From Eledone cirrhosa (taxonomy: Eukaryota): a stretch of DNA of 64,000 nucleotides. The notes under the pieces are model-generated. The model had not been told where the DNA came from, made no database searches, and was given only the letters and a program-made list of their open reading frames with translations. The stretch lies in the NCBI GenBank assembly GCA_964016885.1, contig OZ024744.1, positions 114,142,001-114,206,000 of the forward strand, in the 5' to 3' direction. This document shows positions 12,340 through 26,800 of the stretch, piece after piece. The position numbers were made by a program, and so were the translations under genes. Numbering within the stretch: the first letter of the stretch is position 1; each line of letters opens with the position of its first letter.

Positions 12340-15157
12340 TCATCATCATCATCATCATCATCATCACCGTTTTACGTCCGTTCTTCCACGCTAGCATGGG
12401 TTAGACGGGTTGTCCTGTTGTGGGCAGTGTCCGGTCGGCTGACCTTGTAGTGACCTACATTCCGCGGGCTCACATACATTATTTGTGCGTGATTCGGCTC
12501 AGCTCAGCCAATCAGCGCCAGCAGAAGAGAATGTATCCCTACGCGCCCTGAGGGAGAAATCAGCCTCTCGAATCCTGACCATGGGATAGTAAAGACCACT
12601 TGGCCTCTTGCCCATTGAACGCCGAAGACCGACACGTACAATATGTAATGGTGAGATTTGCACTTTGGCCTGCCGGCCTGCCTCGGGCCTGGCACAATGG
12701 CACATTCCTTTTGTAACCTTTTTATGTTTAACTTCAACCATACAAATTAACAAAAAATAAACATACATTTCATCTCACGAACATTCTTCTTGTTGACGTT
12801 ATTATCATGTTACTCGTTTGTCGATATGACTAACATATACTTCTACCAAACTGATTACTCGTGGGGCTTCTAACCGCAACCCTTCCTAACTGCTAAAACC
12901 TTGTCTTGCTCATACAGGAACTGATCTGGCTTGATTTCTACAGCTGGATGCCCTTCCTAACACCAACCTCATTTACAGTGAGTGCTGGGTGCTTTTTTGC
13001 CGTGGCACCTCCACGGACACTTTGCAGTGGGAGGGGTGGGGCATATTGTCTATATGCTTCAGCTTGTACCCGTGGGGGGGGGGGGGGGGGGGTCGGGTAT
13101 TCTGTATTACTGTGTGACGCCAGAGGTCACGGTCATGTATCATCGACTTTGAGAGGTGTAATTAGGTAAGGTCGGCTTTTATCACCTCATCCCAGGTCTT
13201 CTTGGGTCTCCCCACAACACGGGTTCCATTGACTTCTAGTGCTCTGCACCTTTTTATGCAGCTGTCATCCTTCATACGCATCACATGTCCATACCAACGC
13301 AACCGCCTCTCCTGCACACACCATTTGATTCCTCTTATGCTCAGTTTCTCTCTCAATTCATTTATGCTTTGCTGTTCGCGTATATTACTATTACACATCC
13401 ATCGGAGCATGCTGGCTTCATTTCTTTCTAATCTACGCAAGTCTTCCACCTTCAGCGCCCAGGTCTCACTACCATGTAACATTGCTGTTCGTATACACGC
13501 ATCATACAGTCTGCCTTTCATTTTGAAGGAAAAGCCTTTTGCAGCTAGCAGTGGCAGTAGCTCCCTGAACTTCTTCCATCCCGTTCTTACCCTAGTTATT
13601 GTACTTTCTGAACACCTACCTCCACTGCTAATTCGGTCACCTAGGTAGCAGAAGCTGTCTACTGTTTCTATAGAGCCCTCCCAGAGATTGGTGGTACTTG
13701 TTTCCTGTGGCTGTTTGCTGCTTGCTGTCCCAGCACAGCTGCGACATGTGAAGCCTACATTCTTAGTTAAGCTTCCTGAGATCCCGCTACATCTCTTGTG
13801 TACCCATTGTTTGCATTTGGGGCAGAGAATGGAGTTCCTACCTACACCTTTCCTACATACTGAGCAAGGCCATTCCCCTGAGGGGATCTGGGTTCTGTTT
13901 TCTCGTCTACTTACAAGGACCTTAGTCTTTGTCAGGTTGACTTTGAGACCCTTTCTAGTCCCTGCTTCCAAGTTTGGAATTTCTTCTCTAGTTCTACCAT
14001 AGATTCAGCTAAAAGTGCGAGGTCATCTGCATACAGGAGTTCCCATGGGCATCCGGTCTTAAACTCCTCCGTTATTGCCTGCAGGACTATGATGAACAGG
14101 AGAGGGCTAAGAACAGAGCCCTGGTGGACACCAACTTGTACGCTAAATTCCTCGCTATACTCATTGCTAATCCTAACTTTACTGACTGCTCCCCTATACA
14201 TGGCTTGTACAGCTTTCACAAGCCATTCATCTACTCCTAGTTTTCTAAGAGCCCACCAGATTATAGCACGGGGAACTCTGTCAAAGGCTTTCTCGAGATC
14301 GACGAATGCCAGGTAGAGTGGCTTACTTTTAGCTAGGTACTTTTCCTGTAACTACCTCACAAGGAAGAGGGCATCAATGGTGCCTCTTCCTGGTACAAAC
14401 CTAAACTGCATCTCATCTAGTTTCACCCGGTCCCTAATCAACTGTGCTATAACTCTTTCTGTTACTTTCATGACCTGGTCCATCAGCTTTATACCTCTAT
14501 AGTTTCCTCTATCTAGTGCATCACCTTTACCTTTGTAGCAGTTGACAATGATGCTACTGCACCAATCTTTTGGTATGACACCTTCTAGTATTACCTGGTT
14601 AACAATATGTGTGGTTATGTTGTGATCTACCGACCCAGATGCCTTCAGCATCTCGGCACCTATACCCGATGGACTGGTTGCCTTCCCCGTCTTCATATAT
14701 TTGATTGCCTTACTTACTACGCTGCTGCTAACTTGTTCTGTTGGCCCCTCTATAGGGTCTCTTCATGCATTCTCCTCATTTAGTAATCTATCATAATGGC
14801 TCTTCCATGCATCTTTCTTCTCAGCACTTGTGAGGGCAAGCTCACCTTTATCATTCCAGATACACTTCTCTCCAATGACATCACAATTCTCTCTGACACT
14901 GCCTCGCAATCTTGAACATCTCCTGTTTCTGGTCCTCACGTTGCAAAACATGCTTGAATTTTCTATCCTTTGCTTCTCTCCTAGCTAAGTATACTTGTCG
15001 CCTAGCTTCCCTCCTGGTCCCTATGTAATGTACCCTGCTTCCCCCGTTCTTCCATTCTTTCCATGCCTGTCTCTTGGCTTTAACTGCCTCATCTACCTTA
15101 TTGTTCCACAACCAAGTCACTCTCCTCCAGCCACAGATCTCATCCGTCGCCTCTAGC
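12340..15157 (-). mobile_element. RTE-clade LINE, 5'-truncated, RT disrupted
   Basis: ORFs 14352-14696, 13932-14219, 13162-13971: NYRGIKL, GVHQGSVLSP, LLYADDL, PHD-like Cys insert, RLRWYGHV, GRPKKTW; (TGA)n tail at 12340-12365. Confidence 0.93.
12446..12897 (+). mobile_element. Probable solo LTR inserted in the RTE 3' UTR
   Basis: Absent from the sister RTE copy near 32655; starts TGTAGT, ends GCTAAA (CA end probably mutated), ACCT duplicated on both sides, internal AATAAA. Confidence 0.6.
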
Positions 15158-15168
15158 GATGATGATGA

Positions 15169-15248
<80 letters not shown>

Positions 15249-15501
15249 CGGGTGATGTGTTGTTTCCTTGAGCAAGAGACTTTATTTCACATTGCTCCGG
15301 TTTACTCAGCTGTAGAAATGAGATCACTGCAAAGTGGTCGTGGAGGTGCCACGGCAAAAAAGCACCCAGCACTCACTGTAAATGAGGTTGGTGTTAGGAA
15401 GTGCATCCAGCTGTAGAAATCAAGCCAGAATCAGTTCCCGTCCCACCCTTGCAAGCAGGGAAAAAGCGGACGTAAAATGAAATGATGATGATGATGATGA
15501 T
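15249..15501 (+). mobile_element. SINE family A, 5'-truncated at (TA)n
   Basis: Matches 55562-55846 but lacks the hairpin segment. Confidence 0.88.
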
Positions 15502-15505
15502 ACAA

Positions 15506-18500
15506 TGATATTAAATAAATGGAAACTATATTTATAAAATCATATTTATTATATTATATATGTTTCAAGGGCAACCAAGACAACATTGGTACGCTTTCAT
15601 CAGATAAAATACAAAGTTTGTTTTATAAATAGAGACGTACTCATGAAAATCATACCTTATCGGTTGGAAGTTCACTGGGTAGTGGAAATATATTAGGGGT
15701 TATTCAAACTTATGTGTGAATATGCAACTGAATATGTAAATAATTGAAAAACAACCGTTTATTTAAATGACACTGGAGAAAGATAGAGAAGAAAGAGAGA
15801 GAAAAAATATTAATATTACGAGAGCGATAGAGAGAAGAAATTAACAAGAGGATGAATAGATCTCATGTAACGTTAATATGGGCGAATAATTTTAAAGTAT
15901 ATACCTACTAATGTTACGTATATTTATAATTATTTAGTTGTTAAAATTCTTTTTAATATAATATTTACTGTTATAAGTAGATAAATATAGAAAAATAAAT
16001 ATATATAAAATTAGATAGAAAAATATATGGAAAAATAGATGGACATAAAAATAAATATAAAAATAGATAGATAGATAAATAGATATATAAATGGATAGAT
16101 GGGTATATCGTGTTATAGATAATTGTTTTAATGAGTTATGAGGGATATTGGTTTATATTTAATGTAAGTAATTAAGTTAACTGAGTTAATAAGAATATTT
16201 ATATTTATATATTTTAAATTGGGAAGCTACAGAAAAAACTCCAGTTTTGTTTATTTATTCGTTAGTATGAGACTATTTTTTCAAAATAAGTTTAAATGTT
16301 AAAGATATAAATGTTAAATATATATTTAGCCTGAATTAGTTAGTGGTTATAAATCTAATAAAAGATATTAAAAAATGTTATTAAAAAATATTTTAAAATT
16401 CAGGAAAATTTAAAAAAACATAATTTATAAGAGATAAGTAAATTTTTAAGCAAGTAATAAGTAATATTTTAAAAATAAGTAATTTTTAAAATATATGAAA
16501 AATTTAAGAAAAAAAATAAAATAAAATAAAATAAAGAATTTAAAAAAAAAAATTAAAATTAAAGTTAAAATAAAAATTTAAAAGTTAGGATCATATATGT
16601 ATATATTTTAAGAAGTGAAATTATAGCAAATATTATAGATATGATTTAGAGATAACAATATATTAAAACAGAGTGGATAAGATTGTTATGGAAATAAGTA
16701 GAAATATTATAAGTGTAATTATAATTTATATATAGTTCTAAACGTTGAATTTAGGCGATGTTTACAAGAACTAAATAAATTCGTCCGTACATTAATAGAG
16801 TTCTTACATTTAAGTATGAAGAAAATTTCCTCAACACACAATTTGCAAAATTTAGATAAAGCTGTGTTTCGGTAGGCAGGTGCTTTTGAAATTATTTCCC
16901 AAGTTAAAGAATAGTCCATATTTTTGGATTTTAAGTTCCATATCAGGTTTGATAGAGAAGTTGGAGATTTTTTATCAAGTTTTCTGAAAGAGCATTTGTG
17001 ATTATTCCAACGACTTTTAAATTCTGTAGAAGTTGAACCTTCATAGTTAAATATATTATCACTGGTTTTGACTGTACATTTATAGAAGTGCATTTATCTA
17101 AGCACTTATTTTTTAAAGGACAGTTTGATTTAATTCTACAGTTACATTTAACAGAGTTGATGTTATTCGGAACGGTACTATTATGTTGGATATTGCTAGA
17201 GATATTACTGCTATTTTGGTTATGGTTTAAATTTCTATTATTGATTCTATTTTTATTTTGTGCTATGTTCATAGTAGTAGAGTAAGATAGTTTTATTGTA
17301 TGTCTGTTAAAGATTGAGTGGTATCTGTGGGTTTTAGAAAAACATTTATCTAGTGCTTTAAAGAATATCCTTGCTAAAGGTGTTTTAACGCTTAATGAGA
17401 ATGGTGGTGAATACCAAATTATATTTCTAGTTCTATTTCTTCTGTTGGTTTTAGAGTTTAAGTTAGATATTTTTTATTGTAATTATAATTAATAGTAGGG
17501 TTATTTGCCTTATCACTGTTGTCGATGTATTTAATCTTATTTATATAGCCTGCTCTATTTAAAGCTTCATTATAATATTCTGCCTTATCGTCAAAAATGT
17601 TTTTATTAGCGGAGATGCGTGAAATACATTGTTGGATAGAATTAACAATAGTGTTCTTGATAGATGATTAGAGTTAAAACTTACATAGTTTAGATTCTCA
17701 TTAATTTTATGGAATGGATAGTAGAGCCCTGTGTTAAGGTTTAATGTTACGTCTAAAAAGTTAACGATTTTATAGTTATTCTCTATTTCTAACTTAAGAT
17801 TGTAGCTATTGAAAAATTGTATTATTGATTTTCTTTTTCTATTAAATTCACAATTACTATGATTTTCAATTAAAAGCAGCATGTCATCACGATATAAACC
17901 ACCGGTCATCTCTGATATTTTTTATATGTAGTGTATTATTAATAAATAGCCCCACAAGATCCGTTATTTGCGCCGAGTCCGATGACCCCATGGTGATATC
18001 AAAATTATTTTTTTCTATCAGCTCTAGTCAAGAGATGATTGTTGAATTCAATTAAAGTTTTCCGTGCGGTTAAAATGATATGCATTTCTTCGCTAGATAA
18101 ATCTGTATGTTTAGATGCATAGATAAGAGCTTTATTAAGTAAATTAGGAGTAATGGAGGAGTAGTAGTTTGCAATATCCAATTGAATGAATGTGTTGTTA
18201 TGGTTAAATTTTATGTTATTGAACCAATCTTTAACTTCGTTAGTACCGTTCCATAGTTTTAGGTAAGATATTTCCTTAAGTTGCGCTATGATTCTATCTA
18301 ATATATGTTTATTAACTATGCCTAAGTCTGATTTAGATGGTGCTATAAGTCTAACTGGTAGTTCTATTTCAAAGTTTCTTTTGTGGTCTTTCAGGTTAAT
18401 TTTTGGTTTTCTAGGTATAAAGGGTTCGGTCCTATTTTCGATGCCTAATTTATGAATTATTTCAGAAGCTTCTCTATTTACCATTTCCAGATTTTCTTTG

Positions 18501-18751
18501 GTTGTTATTTTGTAGTTTTTCCTTAGTTCTTTCAATATAAGGTTATTATATTCGTCCTTTTGCATTCCGTAAAGATTGTTAGTTTTGTCAGATTTTTCGA
18601 GGATTTTCTCAGTTTTTTCAAGATTGTCTATATTATTCTTAAGGCCTTTAAGGTATTCCTGGCCTGCAAATTGGTTTTTCTTGAATTTGATGTTTTGTAT
18701 AATTGATATTATTTCATTTTCAAATTCCATTAATAGTTTGTTGTTAGGTGG

Positions 18752-18752
<1 letters not shown>
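15506..18752 (-). mobile_element. Penelope-like element 1 (RT plus GIY-YIG), frameshifted and 5'-truncated
   Basis: FIQLDIANYYSSI, FDITMGS, GLYRDD, FLDVTLNL, CNCR..CPL..C linker, YEGST..FKSRWNNH, CKLCVEE; AT-rich 3' UTR; pLTR with hammerhead. Confidence 0.92.
15547..15611 (-). ncRNA. Minimal hammerhead ribozyme in the PLE 1 pLTR
   Basis: tattttat-CTGATGA-aagcgtaccaatgttgtcttggttgccctt-GAAA-catata-TA. Confidence 0.7.
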
Positions 18753-18840
<88 letters not shown>

Positions 18841-19021
18841 ACATATCAAATATGTTAGAATTATGTGTTTCTCAATAAATAAGCTCAATAGACTTTATCT
18901 AGAGCCATAATAAGTCAATTGTAAACGAAGAACCATATATTGTAGAGAAAACACAATCTATTGTATATATACTAAATACATATTACAGAGAATATGTACC
19001 GAAGGTGGAATTATTAGAGAC

Positions 19022-19145
19022 CTTATAGCACTATTTCATATCCTGTAGACTGTAATTTAAAATCAATCTATGTAATCAGTTATCGATCACAAACTATCGA
19101 TTATAATTAAACTACAGTAGACTCAGAATACTCATCAGAGATGTA
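19022..19145 (-). ncRNA. Hammerhead-like motif with a long stem II (second family)
   Basis: CTGATGA-gtattctg...caggatat-GAAA-tagtgcta-TA-aggt; inner actgtagttt/aaattacagt helix. Confidence 0.5.
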
Positions 19146-19369
19146 GTCTACGGCATTCTAATAGAAATCTAGAAACAAAAATAGTATATGGAGCAATATA
19201 ATTGCAGATATGTGGAGAGAAATTTGACGCGACACACCATACCAAAAGAACGCATGGTGTGATGATATTAAACTCAAGGCAATAAATATCAACAAAAAGT
19301 GGATGATTATTCCGCTAGGGAAAGGTGCGAAAATTATTGTTGCATCAGCTCAACAAGTTAGGGATCCTG

Positions 19370-19682
19370 GAGCTGTTTTATAGGTATCATGACATAATGC
19401 GCCCTGTCTACATTGTAAAGTGGTCATGTTGGTGACATAACAAAAAGCGTCCAACCCACACTGTAAGGTGGTCGTGTAGGAGTCATTGTAAAAAAACACT
19501 CAGTACACACTGTATATATGGTTGTTGTTAGGAAGGGCATCCTGCTGTAGAAACCAAGCCAAAAACAGTTCTGTATGAGCAAGACATGGTCATTTGATCT
19601 GGCTTGTCTCACAACAGGACAACTTGTCTAACCCATGCTAGCGTGGAAAAATGGAGACTAAACAGTAATGATGATGATGATT
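19370..19682 (+). mobile_element. RTE 3'-tail fragment with tandem ~48-bp modules
   Basis: About 3 diverged modules, then ttaggaagggcatcc..gtagaaacc and (GAT)n. Confidence 0.75.
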
Positions 19683-19818
19683 ATATATATATATATGTTT
19701 ATATATACATATATACATATATCTCACACACACACACTAACACACATAATATATATATATATATATATACATGGAAAGTTATATTTAAAATTGTTGGGTT
19801 ACAACTAGTAAATATTTA

Positions 19819-19862
<44 letters not shown>

Positions 19863-20146
19863 GATATTATTTTCCAGGTGACATCAAGTAAATAGCTTCT
19901 CAGCTTGCAAAAGAAATGTATTCTAAAAATAATGGATATTTCCACTGAACAATAGTTACTGCACCAGTTATATATATATATGCTGCTATTTCGTTAGACA
20001 AAGTTCAAATGAAAAGTGTGTTGATGTTTGGCAGGGTGCCCTACACTATTTAAGGTGAGTATATTTTTGTGGATATAAATATACGCGTATACACACACAT
20101 CTATCTACATATATATAAATGTGTGCACACACATACATACACACAC

Positions 20147-20217
<71 letters not shown>

Positions 20218-20418
20218 GATGTGTACAAACAAACAAAACACACACACACACACACACACATGTATAGATATATGTGTATATAGATATATATACGATATGA
20301 TGAAGTGATATACTGCTGTGTTTTTCTTTGGTACATGTGCACTGTAAGCGATGTTTTGCTGTGTAACATTAGATATAAAACTAGAAGATAAGCCATTGTT
20401 TCACAGAATAGAGAAATA

Positions 20419-20706
20419 ATTGTTTCTACTTTAGGCACAAGGACAGCAATTACCCCAGTGCATTACAGGTACTTTATTTTATCGACCCCGTAAGGATGAA
20501 AGGCAAAGTCAACTTCGGCGAGATTTGAACAAAGATCGTAAAGGGACGTAACTCTGCTGGAAAGCATGGCGTCCGACCCTCTACCGATGTTTACATTCCC
20601 TTTCACATAACAGTTTCTACTTTTGGCACAAGGCCAGCAATTACCCAGTGCATTACTGGTACTTTATTTTATCGACCTCGTAAGGATGAAAGGCAAAGTC
20701 AACTTT
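20419..20706 (-). mobile_element. SINE family B, one copy plus a partial tandem duplicate
   Basis: ggtactttattttatcgacc..aaggatgaaaggcaaagtcaac occurs twice; also at about 36226 and 62148. Confidence 0.75.
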
Positions 20707-20885
20707 CACATAACAGTAACAAACTTGTAGCAGTGAATTACAGGCAGTGAAATGTTGTGTTGAGAAGAACTCGTCTAATACATGCAAGAGTGAAAAAAGG
20801 GCATAAAAAGGATGATGATGGTGATGGTGATGATATGTATTGTCATACTAGCTTGCGTCATGCTACTACTAAGAAGACACGAATC

Positions 20886-23800
20886 AGTACTCTCTGTTAT
20901 GTGGTAGTGTTGGTGTCACAATAAAATACACCCAGTACATTCTGTAACGTGGTAGTGCTGGTGTCAGGATAAAATACACCTATTACACCCTGTAAAGAGG
21001 TAGTGTTAGTGTCATGATAGAATACACCTATTACACCCTGTAAAGTGGTAGTTTTGATGATGTGATAAATTACACCCAGTACACTCTGTAAAGTGGTAGT
21101 GTTAGTGTCATGATAGAATACACCTATTACACTCTGTAAAGTGGTAGTTTTGATGATGTGATAAATTACACCCAGTACACTCTGTAAAGAGGTAGTGTTA
21201 GTGTCATGATAGAATACACCTATTACACCCTGTAAAGTGGTAGTTTTGATGATGTGATAAATTACACCCAGTACACTCTGTAAAGTGGTAGTGTTAGTGT
21301 CATGATAGAATACACCTAGTACACTCTGTAAAGTGGTAGTTTTGATGATGTGATAAATTACACCCAGTACACTCTGTAAAGTGGTAGTGTTAGTGTCATA
21401 ATAGAATACACCTAGTACACTCTGTAAAGTGGTAGTTTTGATGATGTGATGAATTACACCCAGTACACTCTGTAAAGTGGTAGTGTTAGTGTCATGATAG
21501 AATACACCCAGTACACTCTGTAAAGTGGTAGTGTTAGTGTCATGATAGAATACAGCGAGTACACTCTGTAAAGTGGTAGTGTTAGTGTCATGATAGAATA
21601 CACCTAGTACACTCTGTAAAGTGGTAGTGTTAGTGTCATGATAGAATACACCCAGTACACTCTGTAAAGTGGTAGTGTTAGTGTCATGATAGAATACACC
21701 TAGTACACTCTGTAAAGTGGTAGTGTTAGTGTCATGATAGAATACACCTAGTACACTCTGTAAAGTGGTAGTGTTGGTGTCATGATAAAATACACCCAGT
21801 ACACTCTGTAAAGTGGTAGTGTTGGTGTCATGATAAAATACACCCAGTACACTCTATAAAGTGGTAGTGTTGATGTCATGATAAAATACACCCAGTACAC
21901 TCTGTAAAGTGGTAGTGCTGGTGTCATGATAGAATACACCTAGTACACTCTGTAAAGTGGTAGTTTTGATGATGTGATAAATTACACCCAGTACACTCTG
22001 TAAGGTGGTAGTGTTAGTGTCATGATAGAATACACCTAGTACACTCTGTACAGTACATTCTGTAAAGTGGTAGTGTTAGTGTCATGATAGAATACACCTA
22101 GTACACTCTGTAAAGTGGTTGTGTTGGTGTTGTGATAAAATACACCTAGCACACTCTGTAAAGTGGTAGTGTTGGTGTCATAATATAATACACCCAGTAC
22201 ACTCTGTAAAGTGGTAGTGTTGGTGACATGATAAAATACACCCAGTACACTCTGTAAAGTGGTAGTGCTGGTGTCATGATATAATACACCCAGTACACTC
22301 TGTAAAGTGGTAGTGTTGGTGTCATGATAAAATACACCCAGTACACTCTGTAAAGTGGTGGTGTTGGTGTCATGATAAAATACACCCAGTACACTCTGTA
22401 AAGTGGTGGTGTTAGTGTCACAATAAAATAAACCTAGTACACTCTCTAAAGTGGTAGTGCTGGTGTCATGATAAAATACACCCAGTACACTCTGTAAAGT
22501 AGTAGTGTTGGTGTCATGATAAAATACACCCAGTACATTCTGTAAAGAGGTAGTTTTGGTGTCATGATAAAATACACCCAGTATACTCTGTAAAGTGGTA
22601 GTGCTGGTGTCAAAATAAAATACACCTAGTGCACTCTGTAAGGTGGTAGTGTTGGTATCATGATATAATACACCCTGTACACTCTGTAATGTGGTAGTTT
22701 TGTTGTCATGATAAAATACACCCAGTATACTCTGTAAAGTGGTAGTGTTGGTGTCAAAATAAAATACACCCAGTACACTCTGTAAGGTGGTAGTTTTTGT
22801 GTCATGATTTAATACACTCAGTACACTCTGTAAGTGGTAGTGTTGGTGTCATGATAAAATACACCCAGTGCACTCTGTAAAGTGGTAGCGTTGGTGGCAT
22901 GATAAAATACACCCAGTACACTCTGTAAAGTGGTAGTGTTGGTGTCATGATAAAATACACCTAGTACAGTCTGCAAAGTGTTAGTGCTGGTGTAATGATA
23001 AAATACACCCAGTAGACCCTGTAAAGTGGTAGTGTTGGTGGCATGATAAAATACACCCAATACACTCTGTAAAGTGGTAGTGTTGATGATATTTTAAATT
23101 ACACCCAGTACACTCTGTAAAGTGATAGTGAGGGTGGCATAATAAAATACACTCAGTACACTCTGTTAAGTGGTAGTACTAGTGTCATGATAAAATACAC
23201 ACAGTACACTCTGTAAAGTGGTAGTGTTGGTGTCATGATAGAATACACCCAGTACATTCTGTAAAGTGGTAGTGCTGGTGTCATGATAAAATACACACCC
23301 AGTACACTCTGTAAAGTACACTCTGTAAAGTGGTAGTGCTGGTATCACAATAATATACACCCAGTACACTCTGTAAAGTGGTAGTGTTGGTGTCATGATA
23401 AAATACATCCAGTACACTCTGTAAAGTGGTAGTGTTGGTGTCATGATATAATACACCCAGTACACTCTGTAAAGTGGTAGTGTTGGTGTCACAATAATAT
23501 ACACCCAGTACACTCTGTAAAGTGGTAGTGTTTATGTCATAATATAATACACCCAGTACACTCTGTAAAGTGGTAGTGTTGGTGTCACAATAAAATACAT
23601 CCAGTACATTCTGTAAAGTGGTTGTGTTGCTGTCATGATTAAATACACCTATTACACCCTGTAAAGTGGTAGTGTTGATGATAAGATAAATTACACTCAG
23701 TACACTCTGTAAAGTGGTAGTGTTGGTGTCACAATAAAATACACTCAGTGTATTCTGTAAGGTGGTAGTTTTGGTGTAATGATAAAATACACCTAGTACA

Positions 23801-26800
23801 CTCTGTAAATTGGTAGTGCTGGTGTCATGATAAAATACACCCAGTACACTCTGTAAAGTGGTAGTGTTGAAGTCGTGATAAATTACACCCAGTTCACTCT
23901 GTAAAGTGGTAGTGTTGGTGCCATGATAAATTACACCCAGTACACTCTGTAAAGTGGTAGTGTTGATGATATTATAAATTACACCCAGTACACTCTGTAA
24001 AGTGATAGTGAGGGTGGCATGATAAAATGCACTCAGTACACTCTGTAAAGTGGTAGTGGTGGTGTCATGATATAATACACCAAGTACACTCTCTAAAGTG
24101 GTAGTGCTGGTGTCATGATAAAATACACCCAGTACACTCTGTAAAGTGGTAGTGTTGGTGTCATGATAAAATACACCCAGTACATTCTGTAAAGAGGTAG
24201 TTTTGGTGCCATGATAAAATACACCCAGTATACTCTGTAAAGTGGTAGTGCTGGTGTCAAAATAAAATACACCCAGTGCACTCTGTAAGGTGGTAGTGTT
24301 GGTATCATGATATAATACACCCTGTACACTCTGTAATGTGGTAGTTTTGTTGTCATGATAAAATACACCCAGTATACTCTGTAAAGTGGTAGTGTTGGTG
24401 TCAAAATAAAATACACCCAGTACACTCTGTAAGGTGGTAGTTTTGGTGTCATGATTTAATACACTCAGTACACTCTGTAAGTGGTAGTGTTGGTGTCATG
24501 ATAAAATACACCCAGTGCACTCTGTAAAGTGGTAGCGTTGGTGGCATGATAAAATACACCCAGTACACTCTGTAAAGTGGTAGTGTTGGTGTCATGATAA
24601 AATACACCTAGTACAGTCTGCAAAGTGTTAGTGCTGGTGTAATGATAAAATACACCCAGTAGACCCTGTAAAGTGGTAGTGTTGGTGGCATGATAAAATA
24701 CACCCAGTACACTCTGTAAAGTGGTAGTGTTGATGATATTTTAAATTACACCCAGTACACTCTGTAAAGTGATAGTGAGGGTGGCATAATAAAATACACT
24801 CAGTACACTCTGTTAAGTGGTAGTACTAGTGTCATGATAACATACACACAGTACACTCTGTAAAGTGGTAGTGTTGGTGTCATGATAGAATACACCCAGT
24901 ACATTCTGTAAAGTGGTAGTGCTGGTGTCATGATAAAATACACACCCAGTACACTCTGTAAAGTACACTCTGTAAAGTGGTAGTGCTGGTATCACAATAA
25001 TATACACCCAGTACACTCTGTAAAGTGGTAGTGTTGGTGTCATGATAAAATACATCCAGTACACTCTGTAAAGTGGTAGTGTTGGTGTCATGATATAATA
25101 CACCCAGTACACTCTGTAAAGTGGTAGTGTTGGTGTCACAATAATATACACCCAGTACACTCTGTAAAGTGGTAGTGTTTACGTCATAATATAATACACC
25201 CAGTACACTCTGTAAAGTGGTAGTGTTGGTGTCACAATAAAATACATCCAGTACATTCTGTAAAGTGGTTGTGTTGCTGTCATGATTAAATACACCTATT
25301 ACACCCTGTAAAGTGGTAGTGTTGATGATAAGATAAATTACACTCAGTACACTCTGTAAAGTGGTAGTGTTGGTGTCACAATAAAATACACTCAGTGTAT
25401 TCTGTAAGGTGGTAGTTTTGGTGTAATGATAAAATACACCTAGTACACTCTGTAAATTGGTAGTGCTGGTGTCATGATAAAATACACCCAGTACACTCTG
25501 TAAAGTGGTAGTGTTGAAGTCGTGATAAATTACACCCAGTTCACTCTGTAAAGTGGTAGTGTTGGTGCCATGATAAATTACACCCAGTACACTCTGTAAA
25601 GTGGTAGTGTTGATGATATAAATTACACCCAGTACACTCTGTAAAGTGATAGTGAGGGTGGCATGATAAAATGCACTCAGTACACTCTGTAAAGTGGTAG
25701 TGGTGGTGTCATGATATAATACACCAAGTACACTCTGTAAAGTGGTAGTGCTGGTGTCAATAAAATAAACCTAGTACACTCTCTAAAGTGGTAGTGTTGG
25801 TGTCATGATAAAATACACCCAGTACACTCTGTAAAGTGGTAGTACTGGTCTCACAATAAAATACACCTAGTACACTCTGTATTGTGGTAGTGTTGGTGTC
25901 ATGATTTAGTATACACAGTACACTCTGTAAAGTGGTAGCGTTGGTGTCATGATAATATACACCCAGTACACTCTGTAAAGTGGTAGTGTTGGTGTCATGA
26001 TATAATACACCCAGTACACTCTGTAGAGTGGTAGTGTTGGTGTCATGATAAAATACACCCAGTACACTCTGTAAAGTGGTAGTGTTGGTGTCATGATAAA
26101 ATACACCCAGTACACTCTGTAAAGTGGTAGTGTTGGTGTCATAATAAAATACACCCAGTACAATCTGTAAAGTGGTAGTACTGGTGTCATGATAAAATAC
26201 ACTCAATACACTCTGTAAAGTGGTAGTGTTGGTGTCATGATAAAATACACCCAGTACACTCTGTAAAGTGGTAGTGTTGGTGTCATGATAAATTACACCC
26301 AGTACACTCTGTAAAGTGGTAGTACTGGTGTTATGATAAAATACACTCAATACACTCTGTAAAGTGGTAGTGTTGGTGTCATGATAAAATACACCTAGTA
26401 CACTCTGTAAAGTGGTAGTGTTGGTGTCATGATAAAATACACCCAGTACATTCTGTAAAAAGGTAGTTTTGGTGTCATGATAAAATACACCCAGTATACT
26501 CTGTAAAGTGGTAGTGCTGGTGTCAAAATAAAATACACCTAGTGCACTCTGTAAGGTGGTAGTGTTGGTATCATGATATAATACACCCTGTACACTCTGT
26601 AATGTGGTAGTTTTGTTGTCATGATAAAATACACCCAGTATACTCTGTAAAGTGGTAGTGTTGGTGTCAAAATAAAATACACCCAGTACACTCTGTAAGG
26701 TGGTAGTTTTGGTGTCATGATTTAATACACTCAGTACACTCTGTAAAGTGGTAGCGTTGGTGGCATGATAAAATACACCCAGTACACTCTGTAAAGTGGT

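Noticed and set aside
16719-17150. Selenocysteine-recoding (Naiad-type) PLE
   Set aside because: The conserved Cys positions read as Cys in both PLEs; no in-frame TGA seen there
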